From Octopus bimaculoides (taxonomy: Eukaryota): DNA of 64,000 bases. The translations under genes and the position numbers were made by a program. The notes under the pieces were generated by a model that ran no database searches, was not told where the DNA came from, and worked only from the letters and a program-made list of their open reading frames with translations. Of this stretch, positions 52,832-64,000 are shown piece after piece (the stretch's first letter is position 1; every line of letters starts with the position of its first letter). The stretch is from NCBI RefSeq assembly GCF_001194135.2, contig NC_069001.1, forward strand, positions 6,267,913-6,331,912, written 5' to 3'.

Positions 52832-53821
52832 ATAAATACACACCCATATACAGATATACATTCGCACACACGTTCATGTATATTACATACATACATACAT
52901 ATATATATTTATATATATTCATTTAAAATACAGAGATGCGTGTAATAGGACATCTAACCCGCTAGAAATAGCAGCAAAAGACTACATACCACAAAAGTAG
53001 GGATAATTTCGAAAGGGAATGAAAAATAAAAAAAACATTTACCAATCTATATTCTGTACCATGGTTTCAAGTCAATTTTAGTAAGATAAAAATTATATAT
53101 CTCACAAAGGTCGGACTATCATCGGCAGAATGACCAGACAACATGCGAGACACGAGTCAAATAGGGAGCATGGTTCGTGTTCGAATGTCTAATTTTCCAA
53201 ATTTACCGCTTATTTGCGGTTTACCTATTCGGCAGTAAATACACAAATGTACTTTGTGTATATTTATATATATATATATTTGTGTGTGTATCAATGAGTG
53301 TGCAGATGTGGTTGTGTCACACTACTTGATTTATGATGATCTGCTTAGATCCTCCTAATTTGACGGTTTGGCAACAAAGCTGATAAAGAGGTACCAGAAT
53401 GAACAAGTAAGTGCTGGCGACAATTTAAGGTGGTACCCTAGTATGACCGCAGTTTGATGACTGAAACGTATAAAAGAGTAGAAAAATATAGAATTATATA
53501 CACACACACATAAACCCACATGCACGCACGCACACTGACACACACACACACATGCATACATGCATACATATATATATATATATATATATGCGTAACTCTG
53601 AGAGAGTATGCGTGTGTATATATGTACGGAATGACACGCACACACATAAACAAAGAAAGACAAATGTGATATATATCTGTGTTAACCTAGTTTTTTTTTA
53701 TGTGTGTGAGTGTGTGTGTGTGTGTCTGTTTGTTTGTATGTGTGTGTGCTGTGTGAAAGTGTATGTCTGTATGTATACATATATCTGATATTTCTACATA
53801 AAATATTTATATATGATATAG

Positions 53822-53856
<35 letters not shown>

Positions 53857-54489
53857 CGGACACAGATATTTACTCGTGAATAAGTAACACGTTCACAATT
53901 CAACACAGATACGCACATATACACAGTCGTACCCCATATATGGCTGAATGAGTGACCTCGTCTCTAAATGTCTAGACATGTTTTTTTTTTCCTTTCATAA
54001 ACATTTTTGTATTTCATATTATCTTCCAGACATTTCATCTCTCTCCTTCTCTCTCCCTCTCTTAGTTTCATCTCTTTTTCTCTCTCTTACTTCCAAATCT
54101 TTTTCTCTCTCCTACTTCCATCCCTCTCTTTCTCTCTCTCTCTCTCTTATTGTCATTTCTCTCTCTATATCACTCTCTCTCTCATTCCCTCACTCTCTCT
54201 TTCGTTTTCTCTCTTCTCTATATGTTACTTTCACCTCTTTTCCCCTCTCTCTGTTTATCACATCCTTATATCCACCTCTCTCTCCCCACTCTCTCCCTAC
54301 TCTCTGTCCCCACTCTCTCTCTCCACTCTCTATCCACCTTCTCTCTCCCTCCATCTCGCCCCTCTTCCTCTCTCTGCTCCTCCTCTTTCCTTCTCTCTCT
54401 TTCACTCGTCTCTCTTTTGTTCTTCTCTTCTTTCCGTGCTACTTCAACTTCTTCCTCTCTTATTAGTTTTATTACCACCTCTTTCCCGC

Positions 54490-54578
54490 CCTTCTCTCTC
54501 TGATTCCTTCTCTCTCTGATTCCTTCTCTCTCTGATTCCTTCTCTCTCTGATTCCTTCTCTCTCTGATTCCTTCTCTC
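54490..54578. repeat. 16-bp minisatellite (TTCTCTCTCTGATTCC) x ~5
   Basis: Read directly, inside a long CT-rich tract. Confidence 0.9.
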
Positions 54579-55043
54579 TCCTCTTTCCCATTTTACTCTT
54601 ATCTTCTTTCTTACACATCATCTACATGATTTCATCAGTTCATTTATATTCCTTCTCCTCACCCTTTTTCTCTTTCTCCGCTTCGCCCACCCCACCCCAT
54701 TATTCTTTCTGTCTCTCTTTTATTATAGTCTTTCCTTTATTGACTTCCTCTAAGTCGGACCTCTGACCCTTTCATTTCTCGTTTAACCTACTTCCTTTCG
54801 TCTTTCCTTCCTATCAACTTACCCACCCATTACCTACCCACCTACCCACCTACCCACCATCATTCGTCCTCCTTTCTTCACCACCCCTTCTCTCCTTTCC
54901 TTCATTTCGTCTCTAATCTTATCTATCTTACTTCTTCTACTATTTTCTTGCCTCTGTTTTCCATATCTATTTCCCAGTAACGTTTCTTCATTTGTTTTGT
55001 CATCATTTCTTCTTGTGATGAAAAGCTAATTGTTAGTCTTGGT

Positions 55044-55282
55044 CAGTGATTCTCAACCATTTAAAAAAATCTATGGAACTCTTTCATTATTATTTTATTC
55101 CGGTGGACCCTCCATTGCCATTCGATTTTTAAAAACTAGTTTTATAGATTCTTCTTTCAAAATTCCTATTATGTTCTTCGCACATTAACTTATGTAGGTT
55201 GAATTATGTAAAACGCTAGAGAAAGAAATCTACATGTTGCAATAAATACATTTAAAGCAAAGGTTTTTCATGGGATCCTTAT
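55044..55282. mobile_element. hAT-like MITE (right end degraded)
   Basis: Left TIR CAGTGATTCTCAACC with the family body. Confidence 0.65.
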
Positions 55283-55289
55283 TATACTA

Positions 55290-55700
55290 CTACGGATCCA
55301 TGATTTACTATTTTGCTTGCGTAGACTCCCAAAAATCTAATATGGACCAGAAGGGTACCAGAAGGGTACCAGAAGACGGACCCGCTCCATAGACACTTCA
55401 AATTAACTAATTTCGTTAGTCGACTTTGACTGTGTTTCTTGGTCTGTGAATGATATTCGTCGGTGTGTGCAGCAATCTGTTGTATACCCAACTCTCCAAA
55501 CTGACAGTGAACCGATGATTGGTACGTTGGAAACCTAAAATCGAAGAGAGTATTGTTCATCAGTGCCACATAAATCAGATACTTCTTATCAGAAGAGTAC
55601 GTTCAACGACCATAGAACGGTAAGCTAAGTCTGTACTGCACGTTTGATTCTCGTCTGGAGTGTCGCTTTACGTATTACTCCTTGTACATCTGATAGCTAA
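55290..55700 (+). mobile_element. Probable degenerate LINE RT fragment (RTE-like)
   Basis: LRRL..QKGTRRRTRSID..VDFDCVSW resembles ILLRRL..Q.GFR..RSTID..DF.KAFD.V.W. Similarity is weak. Confidence 0.35.
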
Positions 55701-55710
55701 CCTCAGTCAA

Positions 55711-55960
55711 GAGTGCTTCTCAACCACGTTTTACCTATGGACCCCTTTGATTCCTATTTTACTTGGGTGGACCCTCAAAGCCATTTTATGTTTACAAAAA
55801 ATTTATAATTTTATAATTGATTATTATTAGGAATTGTATTTAAAAAATGTTAAAATATTTTGTTTTGTTGAAGAATAATCAATTTATTGTTGATAAACTT
55901 TAACAAGAAAACCTTATATGGACCCCTAAAGGTCATATGGACCTGGGTTAAAAACCACTG
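55711..55960. mobile_element. hAT-like MITE
   Basis: Termini GAGTGCTTCTCAACC / GGTTAAAAACCACTG with the family body. Confidence 0.75.
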
Positions 55961-56492
55961 CTCTACACGGTCTCCCAACCTGCTAGAAATCTCAGCTAAA
56001 TCCTCCTCAAATCATAGTCTACTGTTTTAAAAAAAGATGAAACATATTGGATAACATGTATGCATTACTTTTTATGTTTGTTGGTTGCTTGATGCGGGAT
56101 GCATTCGCCATGGAGCGGTGTTTTTAAGTACACTGGATTGTTGGCACTTTTATTTTAGTCAACATGTACTTAGAACAGTGTTTTGGATAAGTTACGAAGA
56201 GCCATCTCTTCTATTAATAGTTTATTACTCTATCAACTTAACTAAAAAAATGAGAGGATGTGTTATATACGTGTATGTTGAGTACGCTTAGAAAAACTAA
56301 AGGAGATATGAGTGGTTCTTGTGTCAGACAACCACCTCAAATTTGGCAACCCAGGAATTTGAAATGTTTGATGTTCGGTGATAGTGGTGTTCGATAATTT
56401 GCCAATCAGATAATGATGATGATGATGACGACGGCGACGACGACAACGAAGAATGGTGTTAGTTGTGGTGATGGTGGTAGTGATGATGGTGG

Positions 56493-56537
<45 letters not shown>

Positions 56538-57238
56538 GGATGAGGATGCCGATGATGATAATGAGTAGGAGGAGGAGGACGACCACCACCACAATGATGT
56601 TGACGACGATGGTGTTAGTTATGATGATGATGGTAAGTCGGAGGAGGAGGAAGAGGTGGACGACGACGACGGTGTTAGTTGTGATGATGATGATGATGAT
56701 GATTGCAGAGCCACCTTGTTGGTGGTACATCAAATGTGAGGTTGATATCAAAAGGGTGACATCTCAGAAGACGTAAAAAAAATAGTAATATTTTTCATTT
56801 ATTTCAATTTCTATTTTTTTTATTTATTAATTTTTATTTTATTTATTAATTTTTTTTTTCATTTTGACAACTCAATAATTTTCAAAGAACAACTTGCAAA
56901 CACAATGACTATTATATCTAAAACATGTGCGTAAGAATCAAAGAACATTCCAGAAGAAAGACAAGATTCGGCTCTAATTAAGTTGAACATTTGAAAGAAT
57001 GAAGAAAAGTTGAAAGAAATGTAAACTAAGATGACGTGTTGAGGTATTTTTTTTTTTTTTTTTAGTTTTGTAATTAAATTAAATATTTAAACGACAAAAT
57101 TAAAAGTAAAGAAACAAAGAAACAGACGAACAAATAGATGTAAAAAGCCAGCGACATTCATATAACAATTCAGAATTTTCAGGTTTTCTTGTAATTTTTC
57201 TGATTTCTCTCTTTACTTCTCTCTAACTAGCTTCTCCC

Positions 57239-57284
<46 letters not shown>

Positions 57285-58207
57285 ATCTATCTTGCTTCCC
57301 CTCTCTACCTCTCTCTATCTCGCTTCCTCTCTCTCGCTTCCCCTCTCTCTCTCGCTCCCCCTCTCTCTCTCACTTCCTCTCTCTATCTCTCTCTAGTCTC
57401 CTCTCTCTCTCTCTCGTCTCCTCTCTCTCTCTTTCTCATTTCCTCTCTCTGTCTCTCTCTCGTGTCCTCTCTCTCACTTTCTCTCTCTCGCGCGTGCTTT
57501 ATCTCTCTCTCCCTCTCTCTCTGTATCTCACTTCCTCTCTCTCTTTATCTATCTCACCCCACTCTCTCACTTCCTCTCTCTCACTTCCTCTCTCTCTCTT
57601 TATCTATCTCGCCCCCCTCTCTCTTAATCTCTCTATTCTGTCCCAAGTTTCATTTTGCTTTGCTTAATAGTTATCCGTTTAAATTAAGGCTTTCAAATAG
57701 GTTGAATCTTGAAGATCAGACTAAATGTTTTAGCTCTTCACGTAAAGCGTTTATTACATATGGGACAGCTTTCATCTTTAATGTCACATCTTTCAACGTT
57801 TCTTTTGTGATGCCTGTTGCAAGACACAGCTACAGCTAGCTTCCTCAAGAACAACTGTTTATAGATGTTTAAAATAATAGAATTTGTAGTCATTGAATTA
57901 ACCCCTTCATTCCATAGCCGTGCAAAATTCTGTCTAATAATGAGAGTAAATAATAATTAGAATTTGCATTTATCCTGAAGATATATATATTTTCATATAT
58001 GTGTACCATAATACTATTAACTAGTTGAGAGTATGCAACTTTTACAAAAGAAAAAAAGCACTTATTAAAATATTCGTTGTCCAGAAAGTCTTTAAATATT
58101 CTAACTTTGATATATTTTTATCAAAATGTGGTTATCATATTTTCTTTATGAACTGCAGAAAGCTAATTTTAACTCGCTGGGAGATGAGTTGCCTCTCTGA
58201 CAATCCC

Positions 58208-58305
58208 TTCTCTCTCGCTCCTCTCTCTCGCTCCTCTCTCTCGCTCCTCTCTCTCGCTCCTCTCTCTCGCTCCTCTCTCTCGCTCCTCTCTCTCGCTCCT
58301 CTCTC
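58208..58305. repeat. 13-bp minisatellite (CTCGCTCCTCTCT) x ~7
   Basis: Read directly. Confidence 0.9.
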
Positions 58306-60087
58306 TCACATACGCTTCTTTGTGCTACTTTCTACAGACATATCAGTAAACACATTTCTCCAAATTATAAGTTTAAACCAGCGTCAACCAAATTATGTTG
58401 ATTCCAGAATTCTTTCATAGTTGTCGGTTGTTTCTGACGAAACAGAAAGCTGATGAAGAAAGGTGGTTTAATTTACTTACGTCGTTTGTATCAGACATAA
58501 ACTCATCTTATTTTCTTTTAACTAAAGTATCTAATTGTTGTGTGCTATGTTTTAAACGAAATAACTAGTAAAGGAGACTGCTACAGTACAATATAAAGGC
58601 TGTAACATGAAATCTGTTATATATTTTCGATAGATAATTCCTTTGCTGAGATCACCACTGTTTTTGTGTTATTGGTGCTTATATGATGAACGGGAGAAAT
58701 ATTACTTCATATCTCTGTATCTATAATTGCGTGTTTATACATGTTGTTAATACTAAAATGTAAGCACACGTACACACATACGCACTCAAACACGCGCGCG
58801 CGCGCACACACACGCATGCATATTATGATACACTAGGACATTTTTGAAATTCGTTTACTAACTAAGTTTACGTAATGGTTGCATTTCCTATTATATATTA
58901 CGCAAACCTGAAACGTACATATTAAATGAGTTAAAAATACTCCTATTTGGTCTGATTCCATTATCACAATTATATGTATATGTATGTATGTGTATGTATG
59001 TATATATATATATATATATATATNNNNNNNNNNNNNNNNNNNNNNNNNNNNNNNNNNNNNNNNNNNNNNNNNNNNNNNNNNNNNNNNNNNNNNNNNNNNN
59101 NNNNNNNNNNNNNNNNNNNNNNNNNNNNNNNNNNNNNNNNNNNNNNNNNNNNNNNNNNNNNNNNNNNNNNNNNNNNNNNNNNNNNNNNNNNNNNNNNNNN
59201 NNNNNNNNNNNNNNNNNNNNNNNNNNNNNNNNNNNNNNNNNNNNNNNNNNNNNNNNNNNNNNNNNNNNNNNNNNNNTATATATATATATATATATATACA
59301 TACACATATATATATACATATGTATGTATGCATATATATATAAATATATTATATATATATATATACATACATACATACATAAAAGCGGGCCCCTATACTA
59401 TTTGTTGAATCATTTATTAATTATATTGGAGTTAAATGAGACTTCAAATTTCACCAATGCGTATACATCCGTATATATGTATGCCTGTGTTCTCTATTTA
59501 TATTCACAGCGGCCTAAATTCTGTTGTTGTTTATCCTTTACATTCCGTTCATATGTCGTTGAACAAATAGAGATCGATAAAATAAGCAACAAATTGCAAT
59601 AAGTACTGGAGATCGATACCATCAACTAAATCTTTTATGGATGGTGCTCCAGCATGACCGCACTTCAGTAACTAAAACCGAGAAAAAAATATATGAGAAG
59701 TAAAAAAGCCTAATCAACAATGAAAACAAAGCAAAACTTAAGGCTCAAAGATCTGCTGCGAATGGTCAGTATTCTGGTCCTGGAAGACTGGGCAAAAAGG
59801 AAGTGAGTCATGGTAGATGTTAGAAATAAGTCATAATGCCTGGAGGACAGGATGACTGACCGCTGCAGAGATGGATATCATTTGATTGGTATTCGATGTG
59901 TGGTGACTAAGTAGTTTACTAGATATGTAGACTTTACGGTTAATATGAAGTAACAATAGACCATTTTATATGTCTGACTAACCACTCTCGACAATGATGC
60001 AATACATTGAAAAGTATCAACTGTATTTATGTCGTTCATATGTCCTGGACAATGTGTGTGCGCGCGCGCGCGCGTGTGTGTATTATG

Positions 60088-60362
60088 GGGTGAGCTGGCA
60101 GAACCGTTAACACGCCGGGCAAAATGTTTAGGGGCATTTCGTTCGTCTTTACGTCATCAGTTCAAATCCCACCGTGGTCTACTATGCCTTTATCCTTGTC
60201 AAACGATGCTGGGGGGACAAACACAGACACACAAACATATACGCACACATACGTATATATATATACATATATACGACGGACTTCTTTCAGTTTCCGTCTA
60301 CCAAATCCACTCACAAGGCTTTGGTCGGCCCGAGGCTATAGTAGAAGACACTTGCCCGAAGT
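60088..60362. mobile_element. Chimera: SINE A head (+) joined to SINE B body (-)
   Basis: GGTGAGCTGGCAGAACCGTTAACACGCCGGGC..GTTCAAATCCC switches at ~60200 to the reverse-complement family B sequence (GGGGGACAAACACAGACAC..CCAAATCCACTCACAAGGCTTTGGTCGGCCCGAGG). Confidence 0.75.
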
Positions 60363-60767
60363 GTCAGGACTTGTACCTCAGAGGGTAACTTTCTAGGTGC
60401 AATCCCATGGTCGTTCATGACCAGAGAGGGGTCTTTACCCTATACCCTCTTTTACACTGTGCATATAGTGGACACATATACTGTACATACAATATAGGTG
60501 TGTAGATAGCAGTAAAGTCTACAATGTATCTATACACTGACAACCCTCAGCAATCAACCAGAACCTATCGTTTCAGCGCTGTTACATCATAGATAGAATG
60601 GATCCTGTTGAAGGTGCCCTAGGTGCAAGGTGGTGGTGAATGTTAAACCAGGCGATGAATTATGGGAGATTGGCAAAGAGTCAATACAACTGTTGCAAGG
60701 CATTTGGTTCAGCGTTCTTATAATTCCGCTAATCCAAACTGGAACCTTTTTTTTATCTACTCCCAAG

Positions 60768-60829
60768 AGGGGACGATTGGCAAGTTGACTGTGAAAGAAT
60801 TTGAAGCGCAGATGGACGAAACAAACACA
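60768..60829 (+). CDS. Candidate 62-nt orphan coding exon (xGTIGKLTVKEFEAQMDETNT), product unknown
   Basis: Polypyrimidine CCTTTTTTTTATCTACTCCCAAG|, only one open frame, donor ACA|GTGAGT. Confidence 0.25.
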
Positions 60830-60939
60830 GTGAGTTATTTTATCTGAAACACCAACGGCTCTGCTAATTCGTTATCTCATAGGCACTTGGATTGCATAAA
60901 CATACAATTGCATAAAAAACATAACCGCAAAGCCTAAAA

Positions 60940-61250
60940 TTTTTATGACCATCGGCGGAATTTGAACTCAGTACGTAAAGCATGGGAGCAAATACTGTAA
61001 GGTATTTTGTCTGACGCTATATTCTGGCAACCCTTCATTAATAAACTCACTTATAAAATAATCTTTTCTACTATAAACCCTGAAATTTTGCATCGACAAC
61101 CCCAGCATATGACTAGCACTTAATTGTATCGACCTTAAAAAGGTGAAAGGCAAAGTCAACCTCAGCTAAATTTGAACTCAGAACGTGAAGCCGGATGAAA
61201 TACCACTAATCATTTTGTTCGATGCCATAACGATTCTGCCAGCTCGCCGT
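60940..61250 (-). mobile_element. Two partial SINE family A copies
   Basis: CGGAATTTGAACTCAG at ~60956; AAAGGCAAAGTCAACCTC..TTTGAACTCAGAACG..TTCTGCCAGCTCGCC at 61147-61248. Confidence 0.75.
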
Positions 61251-61479
61251 TTTGCGCACTTATAAAATAATGAAATAATATAAACTAGTTTCTAACCTCA
61301 ACAAATTTCATATAGTAAGTTCATCGACTTTGGGAATGATCTGAACCCGGGACGTTGAGTGGAAGCGCTACGGTAACAACACAGTAAACTGTTAGGCATA
61401 AGTGCGAGAACTATTGAAAACCTAGTTTTTCAGGAGGATATTTAAAGGTTTTTTTATTGTCCTCCGCCCTAAAAAGAAT

Positions 61480-61770
61480 TTTAAGGAGTGCACTTGTACA
61501 CTCTGTTCCCGAGCCTATAAAAGATCCTTTTCCAGTCATAGAGTCTCAAAGAACCGGTTTGCGTAGCGCTTATACCCGTCACCCCACATTTCCTGGACGG
61601 GACGGGACGCCAGTCCGTCGCAAGATCACTCATTTTGGCCGGCTGAGTGAACTGGAGCGACGTGAAATGAAGTGTTTTTGCTCAAGAATACAACGCGTCG
61701 TGCGGTCCAGGAATCGAAACCACAATCTTTCGCTCTTCAGTCCCACACCCCAACCTCTAAGCTACCCGCC
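61480..61770 (-). mobile_element. SINE family C
   Basis: CTGGAGCGACGTGAAATGAAGTGTTTTTGCTCAAGAATACAACG..CCAGGAATCGAAACC. Confidence 0.8.
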
Positions 61771-62186
61771 TCTCAAGCCTATGTTGTTAGGTATTTTAGT
61801 TCGACGCTCTTCGTAGCTATTGAATATGATTTCTAAAACTGAAATTGAACCTGGGTGAAGAGTAGAGGCAGTGGTTATTGTATCATATTCTGCTAGCTAC
61901 TTAACTGGGTTTGAACACCTAACTCCGTTTCGTAATGCACTGAGCATAGCAAATCTGCTAGGTTATTGACCTGAAAGCTAACTGTGGGATAACAATTACG
62001 TTCATTGGCAGATGCACGCACAAGCATAGACACAGACACAGTTACGCAATCCCCCCGCCCCGCACCGCGCATTCACACATGCACACAGACATTCATAAAT
62101 ACACAACCTCCAGAATGCATATTAGCACAAACACATACACTCATATGTATGTCTGTCTGTCTGTCTGTCTGTATGTATGTATGCGT

Positions 62187-62251
<65 letters not shown>

Positions 62252-63336
62252 TATTTGTATGTGTGTGCATCTATGGAAGTAGGTGGGTAGGTAAGTGGTA
62301 GCTATGTATGCCTGAGAGAGAGAGGGGGAGAGAAAGAGACAGAGAGTGTGTGTGTGTGTATGTGTGTGTATGTGTGTGTATGCGTGCGTGTACGCGCGCG
62401 TACAGACGTACTAACCTATAGATTCCAAAAGAAATATTTGTAAACACTGACCTATCAGTCACTCATTTAATCCAGCCAGCCAACCAGCCAACCATCCCTC
62501 TACCCACCCACCCATTCATCCTTACATCTATCTGACTGTCTGGCTGGCTGTCTGTCTATCTACTTTCCTACCTACCTGCATACATACATACATACATAAC
62601 TACCTTCCTATCTATCTGTCTGTCTATGTATGTATGTATGTATGTATGTATGTATGTATCTATCTATCTATCTATCTATCTATATATATATATATATATA
62701 TAAATGTATATATATATATATATANNNNNNNNNNNNNNNNNNNNNNNNNNNNNNNNNNNNNNNNNNNNNNNNNNNNNNNNNNNNNNNNNNNNNNNNNNNN
62801 NNNNNNNNNNNNNNNNNNNNNNNNNNNNNNNNNNNNNNNNNNNNNNNNNNNNNNNNNNNNNNNNNNNNNNNNNNNNNNNNNNNNNNNNNNNNNNNNNNNN
62901 NNNNNNNNNNNNNNNNNNNNNNNNNNNNNNNNNNNNNNNNNNNNNNNNNNNNNNNNNNNNNNNNNNNNNNNNNNNNNNNNNNNNNNNNNNNNNNNNNNNN
63001 NNNNNNNNNNNNNNNNNNNNNNNNNNNNNNNNNNNNNNNNNNNNNNNNNNNNNNNNNNNNNNNNNNNNNNNNNNNNNNNNNNNNNNNNNNNNNNNNNNNN
63101 NNNNNNNNNNNNNNNNNNNNNNNNNNNNNNNNNNNNNNNNNNNNNNNNNNNNNNNNNNNNNNNNNNNNNNNNNNNNNNNNNNNNNNNNNNNNNNNNNNNN
63201 NNNNNNNNNNNNNNNNNNNNNNNNNNNNNNNNNNNNNNNNNNNNNNNNNNNNNNNNNNNNNNNNNNNNNNNNNNNNNNNNNNNNNNNNNNNNNNNNNNNN
63301 NNNNNNNNNNNNNNNNNNNNNNNNNNNNNNNNNNNN

Positions 63337-63417
<81 letters not shown>

Positions 63418-63627
63418 TGAGTGAGTGGTGGATGGAAAAAGAGGATGGTTGAGAGACAGACAAAGTATTCGATAGATCGATTGAATTGATTAATTAATGA
63501 AATGATTGATTGATAGCTAACAGAAATGGGGTGGGGACCAAGATATTGAATTGAGGAGACAAAAACACTAAGTGTATATATGAGAAAGAGAGAGACAGAC
63601 AGAGAGAAAGAGAGAGGGAGGGAGAGT

Positions 63628-63658
<31 letters not shown>

Positions 63659-64000
63659 GAGGGGTGAGTGATTGAATAGAAGAAAGGAGGAAGTAGGAAG
63701 TAGTGGAAGACGAAAAGATGAAAGGACTGATAAAGAAAGGAAGAAAGAATTTCGAGAAAGTGAACTAGTTCAGAACCAATGAATAAGATCGGTGAATAAC
63801 CGATGTCGTAATACAATTCAATGCTATATATCACACAGACACACTTTACTACTAGTCATTTCGTCGTATCTCTCCCCCTCTCTCTCCCGCCCTCCGACTC
63901 TCTTTCCTTCTCCCTTTATATATATATATATATACATACACACATACTTATATTCACACATTTATATATGTACATATGTGTGTATCAATATATATATATA

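Noticed and set aside
55420-55521. 102-nt symmetric exon candidate (DFDCVSWSVNDIRRC..)
   Set aside because: Flanking translation resembles a decayed RT (QKG.RR..RSID). Kept only as a low-confidence TE.

Overview
This is eukaryotic, AT-rich, very repeat-dense DNA, not prokaryotic: there are no operons, CRISPR arrays or rRNA. The SINE families, microsatellite load and N-gaps point to a coleoid cephalopod, most likely an Octopus short-read scaffold (inference from repeat recognition). I find no confident protein-coding gene. Nearly all supplied ORFs are microsatellite translations or run through 13 N-gaps (about 3.35 kb). The non-microsatellite sequence is mostly decayed mobile DNA: R4/Dong and HERO-type (REL-endonuclease) LINEs, RTE and CR1/Jockey-like LINEs, a Penelope-like 3' end, at least three tRNA-derived SINE families, and hAT- and mariner-type MITEs. 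It most likely represents a large intron or intergenic region. Best leads: (1) a Penelope-like terminus in which the GIY-YIG C-terminus is followed by a tRNA-like Pol III promoter, an (AAT)n tract and a minimal hammerhead ribozyme fold (39125-39600); (2) a short module with TAATTA plus two consensus ROR/Rev-erb response elements, present twice (32463-32528, 35690-35753) around a CpG-rich stretch with a strong splice donor; (3) a recent ~0.7-kb duplication carrying a 232-bp long hairpin. All family assignments come from manual translation and motif recall, not database searches.
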